DNA of 60,679 nucleotides from a virus (Duplodnaviria; Caudoviricetes): IMG/VR virus record IMGVR_UViG_3300032214_001145, positions 1 to 60,679 of that record; one strand, 5' to 3'. Shown piece by piece: positions 21,249 to 29,931 of this stretch (position 1 is its first letter; each line of letters starts with the position of its first letter). The notes under the pieces were generated by a model. It saw only the letters and a program-made list of their open reading frames with translations, ran no database searches and was not told where the DNA came from. The position numbers and the translations under genes were made by a program.

Positions 21249-21683
21249 ATGATATATTGGTTTACAGGTCAGCCTGGGGCTGGCAAAACAACTTTAGCAA
21301 AATACCTAGTGGAGCATTTCCCAAAAGATAATGTTGTCCACATTGATGGCGATGATCTAAGAGATATCTTTAAAAATAAAGACTACTCTGAATCTGGTAG
21401 AAGAAGAAACATTCAAAGAGCACAAGACATTGCTCAATTTATGCACAGTAAGGGTTATAATGTGATAGTTTCTCTCGTCTCCCCTTATTTAGATCAGAGA
21501 GAATTATTTAAATTTAATACATCGGTTATTGAAATCTACGTTCATACAACTGAAGATCGTGGTAGAGAAGGGTTCCACGTGGAAAACTACGAACAACCAC
21601 AATCTAATTTTATCGATATTGATACTACATCAACAAATGAGACAGAATCATATTACGAATTATTAAAAAAACTAAAATTATGA
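21249..21683 (+). CDS. cysC: Adenylylsulfate (APS) kinase
   Basis: WFTGQPGAGKTT P-loop, IDGDDLR, RRRNI, VSLVSPY, YEQP; ATG at 21249. Confidence 0.9.
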   Translation: MIYWFTGQPGAGKTTLAKYLVEHFPKDNVVHIDGDDLRDIFKNKDYSESGRRRNIQRAQDIAQFMHSKGYNVIVSLVSPYLDQRELFKFNTSVIEIYVHTTEDRGREGFHVENYEQPQSNFIDIDTTSTNETESYYELLKKLKL

Positions 21684-22090
21684 GTAAAAAGTACGCCTTA
21701 TACATCGGAAGATGGCAAAACTGGCATAAAGGTCATGAATGGTTAATTAACCAACAATTAGAAAAGGGTAAAGATGTGTGGGTAGCAATTAGAAACGTAC
21801 CAACAGATGAAAACAACCCTAAAACAGCACAACAAGTTATGATTGATCTATCTGAAGAACCATTCTTTAGAGAAAATTCACAAAGAATACAGATATCAAT
21901 TATACCAGATATTGAATCTGTTAATTACGGTCGAGGTGTGGGGTACGAAGTTATTTACCACGAGCCACCTAAAGAAATTGAAAAAATAAGTGGAACTGCA
22001 ATTAGAAAAAAATATATTGATTCTAATGGGGATTCAATTGTATATAATATTGAAAAAAATGATAGTACAGAGGAAGAGACACATAGCTAA
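21680..22090 (+). CDS. HxGH nucleotidyltransferase (cytidylyltransferase-like)
   Basis: IGRWQNWHKGH and ISGTAIR motifs. Confidence 0.8.
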   Translation: MSKKYALYIGRWQNWHKGHEWLINQQLEKGKDVWVAIRNVPTDENNPKTAQQVMIDLSEEPFFRENSQRIQISIIPDIESVNYGRGVGYEVIYHEPPKEIEKISGTAIRKKYIDSNGDSIVYNIEKNDSTEEETHS

Positions 22091-22268
22091 AACAATCTCA
22101 TATAGAGTAATAAGCACAATGATCGGGTTTATTATTATGTGGTGGGTAAGCGGGTCAATTAAAGTTGGTGCGGCTTTTGGTGTTGCAGAATTAGTTTATA
22201 AACCAATCCAATATTATTTACACGAAAGAATTTGGTACAAGTGGATTAAGTACGGTTTAAAAAAATAA
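22059..22268 (+). CDS. DUF2061-family small membrane protein
   Basis: RHIAKTISYRVI..YYLHERIW; ATG at 22059. Confidence 0.8.
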   Translation: MIVQRKRHIAKTISYRVISTMIGFIIMWWVSGSIKVGAAFGVAELVYKPIQYYLHERIWYKWIKYGLKK

Positions 22269-22274
22269 GATAGT

Positions 22275-22790
22275 ATGATTTCAATCGATATAAATAGTGA
22301 AGTGCTAAATGATAATGATATGGAATTATTACAAAAAAAATGTGATAATTTTATCCCATCTCAATCACCAACATTAGATAAAGATAATATAAATTTTTAT
22401 TTTAGAGAATATATAGATTTAAAAGATCCTATAATGCATAATATTGTTATGGGATTAGAATCGTATATTAAAACTAAATTGTACACTAATTTAGAATTAA
22501 AATCAATGTGGATTAATAAAATTGATATTAACTCTAATAAAGATGATAATTTTCATAAAGATATCTCTCCATGTTCGTTAATATTATATTTAAATGATGA
22601 TTATATCGGGGGGGAGTTAGAATATATTAATGATACTAATAATAGAATGAAAATTACCCCACAAAAAAAATTAGTGGTTATTATGAATAATCAGTTAGAA
22701 CATAGAGTTCTACCTATTACTAGCGGAGTAAGATATAGTTTAGTGGCATTTTTTGGTTTTATGTATAATCAAACTAAAAGTATAATTTAA
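22275..22790 (+). CDS. 2OG-Fe(II) oxygenase (prolyl-4-hydroxylase-like)
   Basis: FHKD, LYLNDDYIGGEL, HRVLPITSGVRYSL; ends KSII. Confidence 0.85.
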   Translation: MISIDINSEVLNDNDMELLQKKCDNFIPSQSPTLDKDNINFYFREYIDLKDPIMHNIVMGLESYIKTKLYTNLELKSMWINKIDINSNKDDNFHKDISPCSLILYLNDDYIGGELEYINDTNNRMKITPQKKLVVIMNNQLEHRVLPITSGVRYSLVAFFGFMYNQTKSII

Positions 22791-22793
22791 AGC

Positions 22794-23432
22794 ATGGAAA
22801 AAATATTTTTTGATGACGCCACTTACATTTGGAAAACCAAATTGAATTACATAAGTGATAAATCGTCTTTTTTAAAAGAAGCATACGCTCTTATAGAATC
22901 CCAGCCTAAAGTTAAGTCAGATGGATTTGGATATAAAAGAGAATGGAACGAACATTTAAATTTTATTGGTGACATTAATGTTGAAACAAAATTAGACCAG
23001 ATTTTTAAAATCGGTATCAATAAATGCAAAGAAATTTATAACGAAAAAAATATAAATTACAATAAAATTAATACTGACTCTTGGATTAATGTTGTTCGAT
23101 CAAAAGATCCAGTACAAGAGAATTTTCACAATGGTAAAAAATTTCATACACATACCGAAATTAATAAAGGAAACAAACAATTTATTCCACACTATACGTA
23201 TGTTTATTATATTCAAATGCCAGATGTAATGAATGGTGATGATGGTGTATTATGTTTTTTAGGTGAAAATAAGAAAGAATACTTCATCAAACCAGAAGAA
23301 GACGATTTAATTATTATGGAGGCGCATGTCCCACACACACCAAATAGTGCTCCTAATTCAACAATTGATAGAATCGTTATGGCGGGAAATGTTGGATTTG
23401 ATTTTATTAAGAAGGAAAAGTCGTTAATATAA
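22794..23432 (+). CDS. Putative 2OG-Fe(II) oxygenase (HxH type)
   Basis: SWINV..HTH..YVYYI..HTP..RIVMAGN; ends KSLI. Confidence 0.75.
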   Translation: MEKIFFDDATYIWKTKLNYISDKSSFLKEAYALIESQPKVKSDGFGYKREWNEHLNFIGDINVETKLDQIFKIGINKCKEIYNEKNINYNKINTDSWINVVRSKDPVQENFHNGKKFHTHTEINKGNKQFIPHYTYVYYIQMPDVMNGDDGVLCFLGENKKEYFIKPEEDDLIIMEAHVPHTPNSAPNSTIDRIVMAGNVGFDFIKKEKSLI

Positions 23433-24193
23433 TGTTAGTAGATAATAATTTTATATATGTGAATTTACCAAGATGTGGATCAACATCATTTCACTATTCA
23501 TGTATATTACATGATTTAGAAATAAAAAATCTAAATTCAGAATGGGGGAAAATAAACTCTAAAATTAATTTCAAAAATATAGACGAAAAGGATATAATGC
23601 AACTAATTACACACGGGCACGAGGAGTTACCATTACTTAGAGAAAAGTTTGGATTTCAGTATCCTATAATTGCTGTTAAAAGGGATAGGCACGATACTTT
23701 TTATTCGTTATATAAACACATTATTTTTGATTTGAAAAGAGCGAATGCGCACAAGGTTTATGATTTTTTTAAAAATATAAGTTTAGATGAATTATTTTTT
23801 TTTAAAACAGAAGATTTACACTCTAATGAGAATAGACTTAACATAATAAACGATTTCTTATTAAAAAAAGAATTTATTAAAAATCGTGCTAAACCATCTA
23901 AACTTATGGACTTATATTCCGAAGAATATATTGTAAATGTAATTAATATATTAATAACTCCATCATCATATTGGCACAATCACGATAAGGATATTATTTG
24001 GTTTGATATTAAAGAATTAAACCTTATGGAAAAATGGGTTTCGAATAAAATTGGGAAAGAATTTAATCTAAAACAAGTTAATTCTAGCCAACATATAGAG
24101 TGTTCTCTAAAACCAGATCAAAATTTCAAAGAAAGGTACAATAGTATTTATGATTTCTATGATATACCAAAAACTAATAAGACACTAATATGA
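23432..24193 (+). CDS. Sulfotransferase-like protein
   Basis: YVNLPRCGSTS resembles the 5'-PSB loop; KRD..FYSLY resembles the 3'-PB motif; ends KTLI. Confidence 0.6.
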   Translation: MLVDNNFIYVNLPRCGSTSFHYSCILHDLEIKNLNSEWGKINSKINFKNIDEKDIMQLITHGHEELPLLREKFGFQYPIIAVKRDRHDTFYSLYKHIIFDLKRANAHKVYDFFKNISLDELFFFKTEDLHSNENRLNIINDFLLKKEFIKNRAKPSKLMDLYSEEYIVNVINILITPSSYWHNHDKDIIWFDIKELNLMEKWVSNKIGKEFNLKQVNSSQHIECSLKPDQNFKERYNSIYDFYDIPKTNKTLI

Positions 24194-24810
24194 TAAAAAA
24201 TTACTACATATTTGATGATGTGATATCAACTGAAGAACAAAAAATTATAAACGATTATGTAAATCGTTCTAATATAGAATGGGTATCAATGAAAAATATT
24301 ACTGGTGAATATGGAGGAAAAAGCGAAACTCGCAATTTTCCAGCAAAAGTTCATCCAAAACCCAAATGTAAAGACGAAGAAATTAACCACATAATTGATA
24401 GTATAGAATTGAATGTTGCAAAAAAATTAAATTTAGAATTTATTAAAAATTATAGATGGAAAATTAATTGGACTTCACCAATTGGTGAGTATGATCCTAT
24501 GGATTTACTACATTACGATGATGCTACCGAACACATTGCTATGGTTTATTATATTAACAATTCAACCGGAGACACCTGCATTTATAATAACATTAATGGA
24601 AATAACGCTGAAACATTCCAAGAAAATTTTAATAATGTGGATTATGGTTCATACTCTCTATTGACTAGTGTATCTCCTAAAATGGGTAGGTGTCTTGTAT
24701 TTGATGGGAAATTAGCACATCTTGGAAATTATCCATCAAATGGTGATAGGTTTATTATAAATTTTAATTTTGTAGCAAAATTAAAAAACTTACGAAACTC
24801 ATTGATATAA
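24190..24810 (+). CDS. 2OG-Fe(II) oxygenase-like protein
   Basis: LHYD, VYYINNSTGDT, PKMGRCLVFDG..H..RFIINFN; ends NSLI. Confidence 0.75.
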   Translation: MIKNYYIFDDVISTEEQKIINDYVNRSNIEWVSMKNITGEYGGKSETRNFPAKVHPKPKCKDEEINHIIDSIELNVAKKLNLEFIKNYRWKINWTSPIGEYDPMDLLHYDDATEHIAMVYYINNSTGDTCIYNNINGNNAETFQENFNNVDYGSYSLLTSVSPKMGRCLVFDGKLAHLGNYPSNGDRFIINFNFVAKLKNLRNSLI

Positions 24811-24811
24811 C

Positions 24812-25114
24812 ATGATTAAAATACCTACAATTAATTATAAAGAAATATTTGATGCTTGGATAATTTCGATTAATCCAACTCCAAATCAGGTGGAATTGGC
24901 CAAATTAAGACTCGAAGTATGTTTAGGGTGCGAATTTAGAAAGGAAACAATAAAGGGTTTAAAATGGAGCGCTTTTTGTAATATGTGCGGATGTCCTTTA
25001 AATAAAAAAGTGTTCTCAACAAACTACAACGCCTGCCCAGCAAAAAAATGGGAAAATACCGATTTTGGGTATATAACCCCAAAAGAAGATAAAAAAAATA
25101 AGACACTAATGTGA
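24812..25114 (+). CDS. Small Cys-rich metal-binding protein (DUF6171-like)
   Basis: RLEVCLGC..CNMCGC..K..CPAKKW; ends KTLM. Confidence 0.6.
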   Translation: MIKIPTINYKEIFDAWIISINPTPNQVELAKLRLEVCLGCEFRKETIKGLKWSAFCNMCGCPLNKKVFSTNYNACPAKKWENTDFGYITPKEDKKNKTLM

Positions 25115-25168
25115 TGTTTTGATTAAAATCATTAATTCACCTATTTATATATAAACGGATTAGAAAAT

Positions 25169-26644
25169 ATGAAAGCAACGATAATTGGTAGTGATTTACT
25201 ACAAAAAGATGGCTCAGTTAAAATTATTGAAATAAACACTAATACCTGCATCTCCAACGATGGTGCAAACTTATTAGATTATACGGCGTTATTCAGTGTA
25301 CTAATGGATAATGATATTACAGAATTTCATTATATATGGACTGAAGGAAAGGCGTATTTACCTTTGGATCAACCACATATTTTTCGTAATATATTACAAA
25401 CTAAATGTTCGGAAAACAACATATCTTTTAACGAACATATTGTACCGGCTAATTCAGTTACGGTACCCTATATAGAAGATGCTTCTCATAAATTTATTTT
25501 AAGACAAGCATTTGATACCACAGCATTAGTGGATGATTTATATTGTGCTGACAAATTTGAGTTTTTTAATTTAATGAGCGGATCTACATATTCCCCAAAA
25601 ACATATTTTACATCTGAAGAATTAAATTTAAATACTTTAGATGAAGTAGATTATACCACAACCAAGCCAAATCTTTTGATAAAATCAAAACAGGCTTCGT
25701 ATGATGTTATGACATATCCAGCAATATATAATGTTACTGATTCAAGCCAACTATCTGAAGTTATTGGTTCCGTTGAAAGTGGTCATTTAGTTCAAGAATT
25801 TATATTTTCTGAGGATAATGTAGTGGATGGAAGATATTCAACAATAAGAAGTATTGATATTATATATGGGCCTAATTTAGATATTATTAACATGGGAGGA
25901 TATACTCATTCTACTAGATTACCACTTACATTTAGTGAGGATGAATTTATTTCTGGTACTAGAAAGTTTAATCAAAAAACTAGACATAAATATATTACAA
26001 AATCTATTAGGAATCGAGCAGAAGGAAACGACTACCATACAGATGACGATTCAAATATTTTAAAATATGATGGTACTTTAGTAGATGTTGACACTATTCA
26101 ATTAGGTGACTATATTCGTTCTATTAACTTTACCGATACAAATGAAAACGAAGCGGCCACATTTACAAATAATATTGCCACATTTGGATGGACCGGTACA
26201 CTACCCCAATTAAACAATACATTGACACCAGTGCAATCGGAATTAGTGGGTATGGTATCAACATCGATAGAAATGGTAATGGTAAAAGTAACTTTAGCGG
26301 ATGGACGAACTTGGACAGAAGCACCAAATTCAACTTTTTTTATTGAAGAAAAAGACTCCACCGAAACCAGATGGGAGCTAATAAATAATTGTTATGTTGG
26401 TGATAAAATAGTTGTAACTGATTCAAATACAACCGAATTAAGGGCTGTAGAAATTACCAATTTAGAGATGGTATACGAAGCCAAAACAATATATACTTTA
26501 GATTTTGCACCATCAGATTTATTCTTAGTGGATGTTGGGGATAGCGATTTTGCAGTAATGCACAATGGTTGTTGGTGTGGTTGGAGTTACTGTGGTAATT
26601 GGTGTTATCAAAATTATTGTCCAACCTGTTGGGGGGAAAAATAA
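25169..26644 (+). CDS. Fusion of a circularly permuted ATP-grasp-like domain, a Hint domain and a C-terminal Cys/Trp-rich peptide
   Basis: N-terminal GSD..DG.VKIIEINTN, then PKT..LLIK..LVQEFI; Hint pattern ILKYDG..VDTIQLGDYIRS..VGDKI..IYTLD..DLFLV..VMHN; tail GCWCGWSYCGNWCYQNYCPTCWGEK. Confidence 0.7.
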   Translation: MKATIIGSDLLQKDGSVKIIEINTNTCISNDGANLLDYTALFSVLMDNDITEFHYIWTEGKAYLPLDQPHIFRNILQTKCSENNISFNEHIVPANSVTVPYIEDASHKFILRQAFDTTALVDDLYCADKFEFFNLMSGSTYSPKTYFTSEELNLNTLDEVDYTTTKPNLLIKSKQASYDVMTYPAIYNVTDSSQLSEVIGSVESGHLVQEFIFSEDNVVDGRYSTIRSIDIIYGPNLDIINMGGYTHSTRLPLTFSEDEFISGTRKFNQKTRHKYITKSIRNRAEGNDYHTDDDSNILKYDGTLVDVDTIQLGDYIRSINFTDTNENEAATFTNNIATFGWTGTLPQLNNTLTPVQSELVGMVSTSIEMVMVKVTLADGRTWTEAPNSTFFIEEKDSTETRWELINNCYVGDKIVVTDSNTTELRAVEITNLEMVYEAKTIYTLDFAPSDLFLVDVGDSDFAVMHNGCWCGWSYCGNWCYQNYCPTCWGEK

Positions 26645-26695
26645 ACTATATTGTTCTAACCCCAAAGTATAAATAATTCAAATAAAAATAAAATT

Positions 26696-26842
26696 ATGGC
26701 AAAAGTAGAAAAAATAAAAATACAAAGACCCGCACAGGTAGTTAAAGTAATTACTGGTCCATTATCTAATGATTTAAAAACAAAAGTAGCGACAGCATTC
26801 GAAGCAGTTGTAACCGCAATTAAAGTTAAACATTTAGAGTAA
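26696..26842 (+). CDS. Small basic 48-aa protein not in the ORF track (MAKVEKIKIQRPAQVVKVITGPLSNDLKTKVATAFEAVVTAIKVKHLE)
   Basis: Translated by hand; A-rich leader AAATAAAAATAAAATT before ATG; fills an otherwise empty gap. Confidence 0.75.
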   Translation: MAKVEKIKIQRPAQVVKVITGPLSNDLKTKVATAFEAVVTAIKVKHLE

Positions 26843-26882
26843 TAGTATACACTAAGTATTTGATTTCATTGATTAAATTATT

Positions 26883-27932
26883 ATGAAATCTAAAATAAAT
26901 TTAAAGAATTATTTTTGTAGTGTTCCCTTTAATTCATTAGAAATACACAATAATGTGTGTTTTGTTTGTTGCCCATCTTGGTTACCAAATAAAATTGAAC
27001 TTAGTGAAATACCACTAAAAGATATATACAATAGTGAACCAATAGTTGACATAAGAAATTCAATATTGGATGGCTCTTTTAAGTATTGTGATAAAGAACT
27101 CTGTCCCTATTTAAGTAAATTGGTAAACTACGGAGTTACATCTGGCCCAATCACCTTAAAATCTGATTCAAATTACGATACACCAATCATAAAAAATAAT
27201 ACCCCGGATTACTTAGTCATGAATTTTGATAGGACATGCAATTACAAATGCCCGTCATGTAGGGTAGATTTAATTGTTGAAAATAGTCAGGGGATAAAAC
27301 GTGTTGAAAAAACGATTGAGGAAATTGACAATTATTACTCGGAACATGTAAAAATTTTATACATCACAGGTTCTGGAGATCCATTTGTTTCGGTGGGGTT
27401 TAGAAATTATCTTAGGAATTTTAATCCCAAAAAATATCCAAACCTAAAATCAATACACCTACATACTAACGCATCGATGTGGAATAAAGAAATGTGGAAT
27501 TCAATGCCCAATATCCACAAATACGTTCACACCTGTGAAATTAGTATAGATGCGGGGACAAAGGACACTTATGAAAATAAAACAAGAATAGGTGGTAATT
27601 GGGATAATTTATTAAATAATCTTAAATTCATAAGCACGTTACCGATAAATGTGAAAACGTCATTTGTTGTTCAGGATTCTAACTATATGGAAATGGAAGA
27701 ATTTTATAACTTGATGTATTCTATTTTTGGTAAGAAAGTAAATGTATTTTTTGGTAAGATCACTAATTGGGGCACATTTTCGGATGCTGAATTTAAACTA
27801 AAGCAGGTATGGGATTCCGAACATCCAGAACATATGTTCTTTAAAAAAGAATTTAATAAAATATGGAAAAATACAAACTTATTCCATAATTTATATGAGT
27901 TTATTGACACCACACATAAATCCTTGATATGA
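26883..27932 (+). CDS. Radical SAM protein with N-terminal twitch-like Cys cluster
   Basis: CNYKCPSC, TGSGDPF, HTNA; N-terminal FCSVPF..VCCPSW..YCDKELCP; ends KSLI. Confidence 0.9.
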   Translation: MKSKINLKNYFCSVPFNSLEIHNNVCFVCCPSWLPNKIELSEIPLKDIYNSEPIVDIRNSILDGSFKYCDKELCPYLSKLVNYGVTSGPITLKSDSNYDTPIIKNNTPDYLVMNFDRTCNYKCPSCRVDLIVENSQGIKRVEKTIEEIDNYYSEHVKILYITGSGDPFVSVGFRNYLRNFNPKKYPNLKSIHLHTNASMWNKEMWNSMPNIHKYVHTCEISIDAGTKDTYENKTRIGGNWDNLLNNLKFISTLPINVKTSFVVQDSNYMEMEEFYNLMYSIFGKKVNVFFGKITNWGTFSDAEFKLKQVWDSEHPEHMFFKKEFNKIWKNTNLFHNLYEFIDTTHKSLI

Positions 27933-28429
27933 TATTAGAACAAAAAATATTATTTAGTAAAGATGAGTGTGAATCTATAATATCATATAACAACACCGAT
28001 ATTACAAATTGGACGTCGGGTGATAGAAAATATAATTCACAGCCAATCAATTACTCGTTAGAAACAAAATGGCTATTTGATAAGTTGAAGGATTTTGTAG
28101 AAAAGGAAGCAACAATTAGAGTTAGAACAATAAAAAAAACAATACATTTCCATAAATTCACAACAGGTGATTGGTTCGGAAAACATAACGACATTAGAGA
28201 CAATAGAGTATATGCTGTCGGAGTACTTTTAAACGATGACTTTGAAGGTGGAGATTTTAAATTACACGATCCAAATAAAATAACTTTAAATAAAATAGTT
28301 GGAAATACCTATTTATTTGATGTAAGAATATACCACGAAATAACACCAATTTTAGAAGGTAATAGGTATTCTTTATTATGGTTTTTGCAAAATGAACACA
28401 TAAAAATAGAAACAAATAAATTAATATGA
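27929..28429 (+). CDS. 2OG-Fe(II) oxygenase (prolyl-4-hydroxylase-like)
   Basis: HND, LNDDFEGGDF, HEITPILEGNRYSL; ends NKLI. Confidence 0.85.
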   Translation: MILEQKILFSKDECESIISYNNTDITNWTSGDRKYNSQPINYSLETKWLFDKLKDFVEKEATIRVRTIKKTIHFHKFTTGDWFGKHNDIRDNRVYAVGVLLNDDFEGGDFKLHDPNKITLNKIVGNTYLFDVRIYHEITPILEGNRYSLLWFLQNEHIKIETNKLI

Positions 28430-29232
28430 ATCCATTAGAATATTGGAACCCCGAAACTTTTGAGATATCGTCGTTCCGATTTAAATTAGACGAAAGAAAA
28501 GGAAAGATATATAGAACATCCGGAAGTGATAATACCGGTTTATGTGTGTATACCTATAATGAATTAGGATTTAGAGGTGATAGTATTAAAAAAGAAGGGT
28601 TTAAAGTTATGTCATTTGGGTGCTCAAATACCGAAGGTGTCGCGGTTAATGATAATGAAACTTGGCCGGCTAGATTTACATCGTTAATACCAAACGGAGT
28701 TAATTTTAATTTTGGTACGGGCGGTAGAAGTAATGATTTTATTGTTAGATGTTTATTAACATATTATGATTTAATTAAACCGGATTTAGTTTTTATAATG
28801 TATACATCACCCCATCGAAGAGAAATATATACAAAAGATGGTGGAGTAGAACCATTTATGGCAACACATCAATGGGGATATTTAAGAGAAACCGATGATG
28901 GTGTTAAAACACAAGAATATTTAACTTATTTACAAAATGATAATGAGGATTTTATAAATTGGTATAAAAATCATTTATTAATAAAATATTTTTTAGAATC
29001 AAAGAAATGTAATTGGTTATGGAATGGTAGTCTTGGCATACCAATGGATTATAATGAATTTAATAGATTCGATGGTGATTACGGAAAGTATATAGATTTT
29101 GGTGTGGATAATGGGCACCCAGGTCCAAAACATAATAAAGATTATGCAACTAAATTATTCAACCATGTATATAAAAACTTCAACGAATACCTACCATCAG
29201 GAGTGATAGGTCTCCAAAGTAAAATAATTTAA
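28426..29232 (+). CDS. SGNH-fold protein
   Basis: NELGFRG, FGCSNTEG, NFGTGGRSND, DNGHPG; ends SKII. Confidence 0.7.
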   Translation: MNPLEYWNPETFEISSFRFKLDERKGKIYRTSGSDNTGLCVYTYNELGFRGDSIKKEGFKVMSFGCSNTEGVAVNDNETWPARFTSLIPNGVNFNFGTGGRSNDFIVRCLLTYYDLIKPDLVFIMYTSPHRREIYTKDGGVEPFMATHQWGYLRETDDGVKTQEYLTYLQNDNEDFINWYKNHLLIKYFLESKKCNWLWNGSLGIPMDYNEFNRFDGDYGKYIDFGVDNGHPGPKHNKDYATKLFNHVYKNFNEYLPSGVIGLQSKII

Positions 29233-29253
29233 AATAAAACACTATTTAATATA

Positions 29254-29931
29254 ATGGCAAGAATATGGACATTTGGTGATAGTTTTACAGCATCATTTAA
29301 ACCCGAACCGGAAATAGCAAAAATTGTCGATTGGCGGAATGAATATTGTGAATTCAAAGGGTATATCCCTGGAGTTTATGGTGAAGTTATTTCACAAATA
29401 TTAGATATCCCGCTAATGAACATGGGGATAGGTGGATGTGATAATTATACTATTTTAGACGCAATAATTGATTCATGTGACATGATAAAAGAAGATGATA
29501 TAATTATTGTTGGCTGGTCAAGCGTTTTGAGATCTAGGTTAGTAAATATAAATGATGTTTTTACACCAATTATACCCAACTTACCCGAAAAAAATCTAGC
29601 AGAATTTTTTGGTGTTAAACAATCAACACTTGACGATATATTGGTAAACAGATCACATGTTCTTTATATAAAAGAATTAAATAAATTTATTAAATTGGTG
29701 AATCATTTGTTTCCCAAAAACAAAATTATTCAATGGTCACCATTTTATAGCTGGGCAAATAATGAGGGGGTAAACGTTCAAAAAATGAACATAGATATAG
29801 TGGGAATAAATCGTGAAACTAAAAATGTTGTTAGAGATGGCCATTTTTCGGAGCAAACACATAAAAACTTGGCACATAAAATGATAGAGATTTTAAACAA
29901 AGGGGGTAAAATAACTAATAAGATGATATGA
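29254..29931 (+). CDS. SGNH-fold protein
   Basis: FGDSFT, NMGIGGCDN, DGHFS; ends NKMI. Confidence 0.7.
   Translation: MARIWTFGDSFTASFKPEPEIAKIVDWRNEYCEFKGYIPGVYGEVISQILDIPLMNMGIGGCDNYTILDAIIDSCDMIKEDDIIIVGWSSVLRSRLVNINDVFTPIIPNLPEKNLAEFFGVKQSTLDDILVNRSHVLYIKELNKFIKLVNHLFPKNKIIQWSPFYSWANNEGVNVQKMNIDIVGINRETKNVVRDGHFSEQTHKNLAHKMIEILNKGGKITNKMI

Noticed and set aside
21990-22058. Upstream starts given by the ORF track for several genes (20891, 21222, 21990, 42238, 42900, 46542, 52635, 54843)
   Set aside because: These extensions overlap promoters or neighbouring genes; downstream ATGs with A-rich leaders match family N-termini better
26036-26566. Hint domain as a conventional splicing intein or mobile element
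   Set aside because: It has no Cys/Ser at position 1, no block-B His, Gly at +1, no homing endonuclease, and it does not interrupt a conserved host domain
26668-26675. T4-type late promoter TATAAATA before the 48-aa ORF
   Set aside because: It is a single sense-strand instance in an AT-rich gap; the recurrent upstream motif in this genome has the opposite orientation (TATTTAT)
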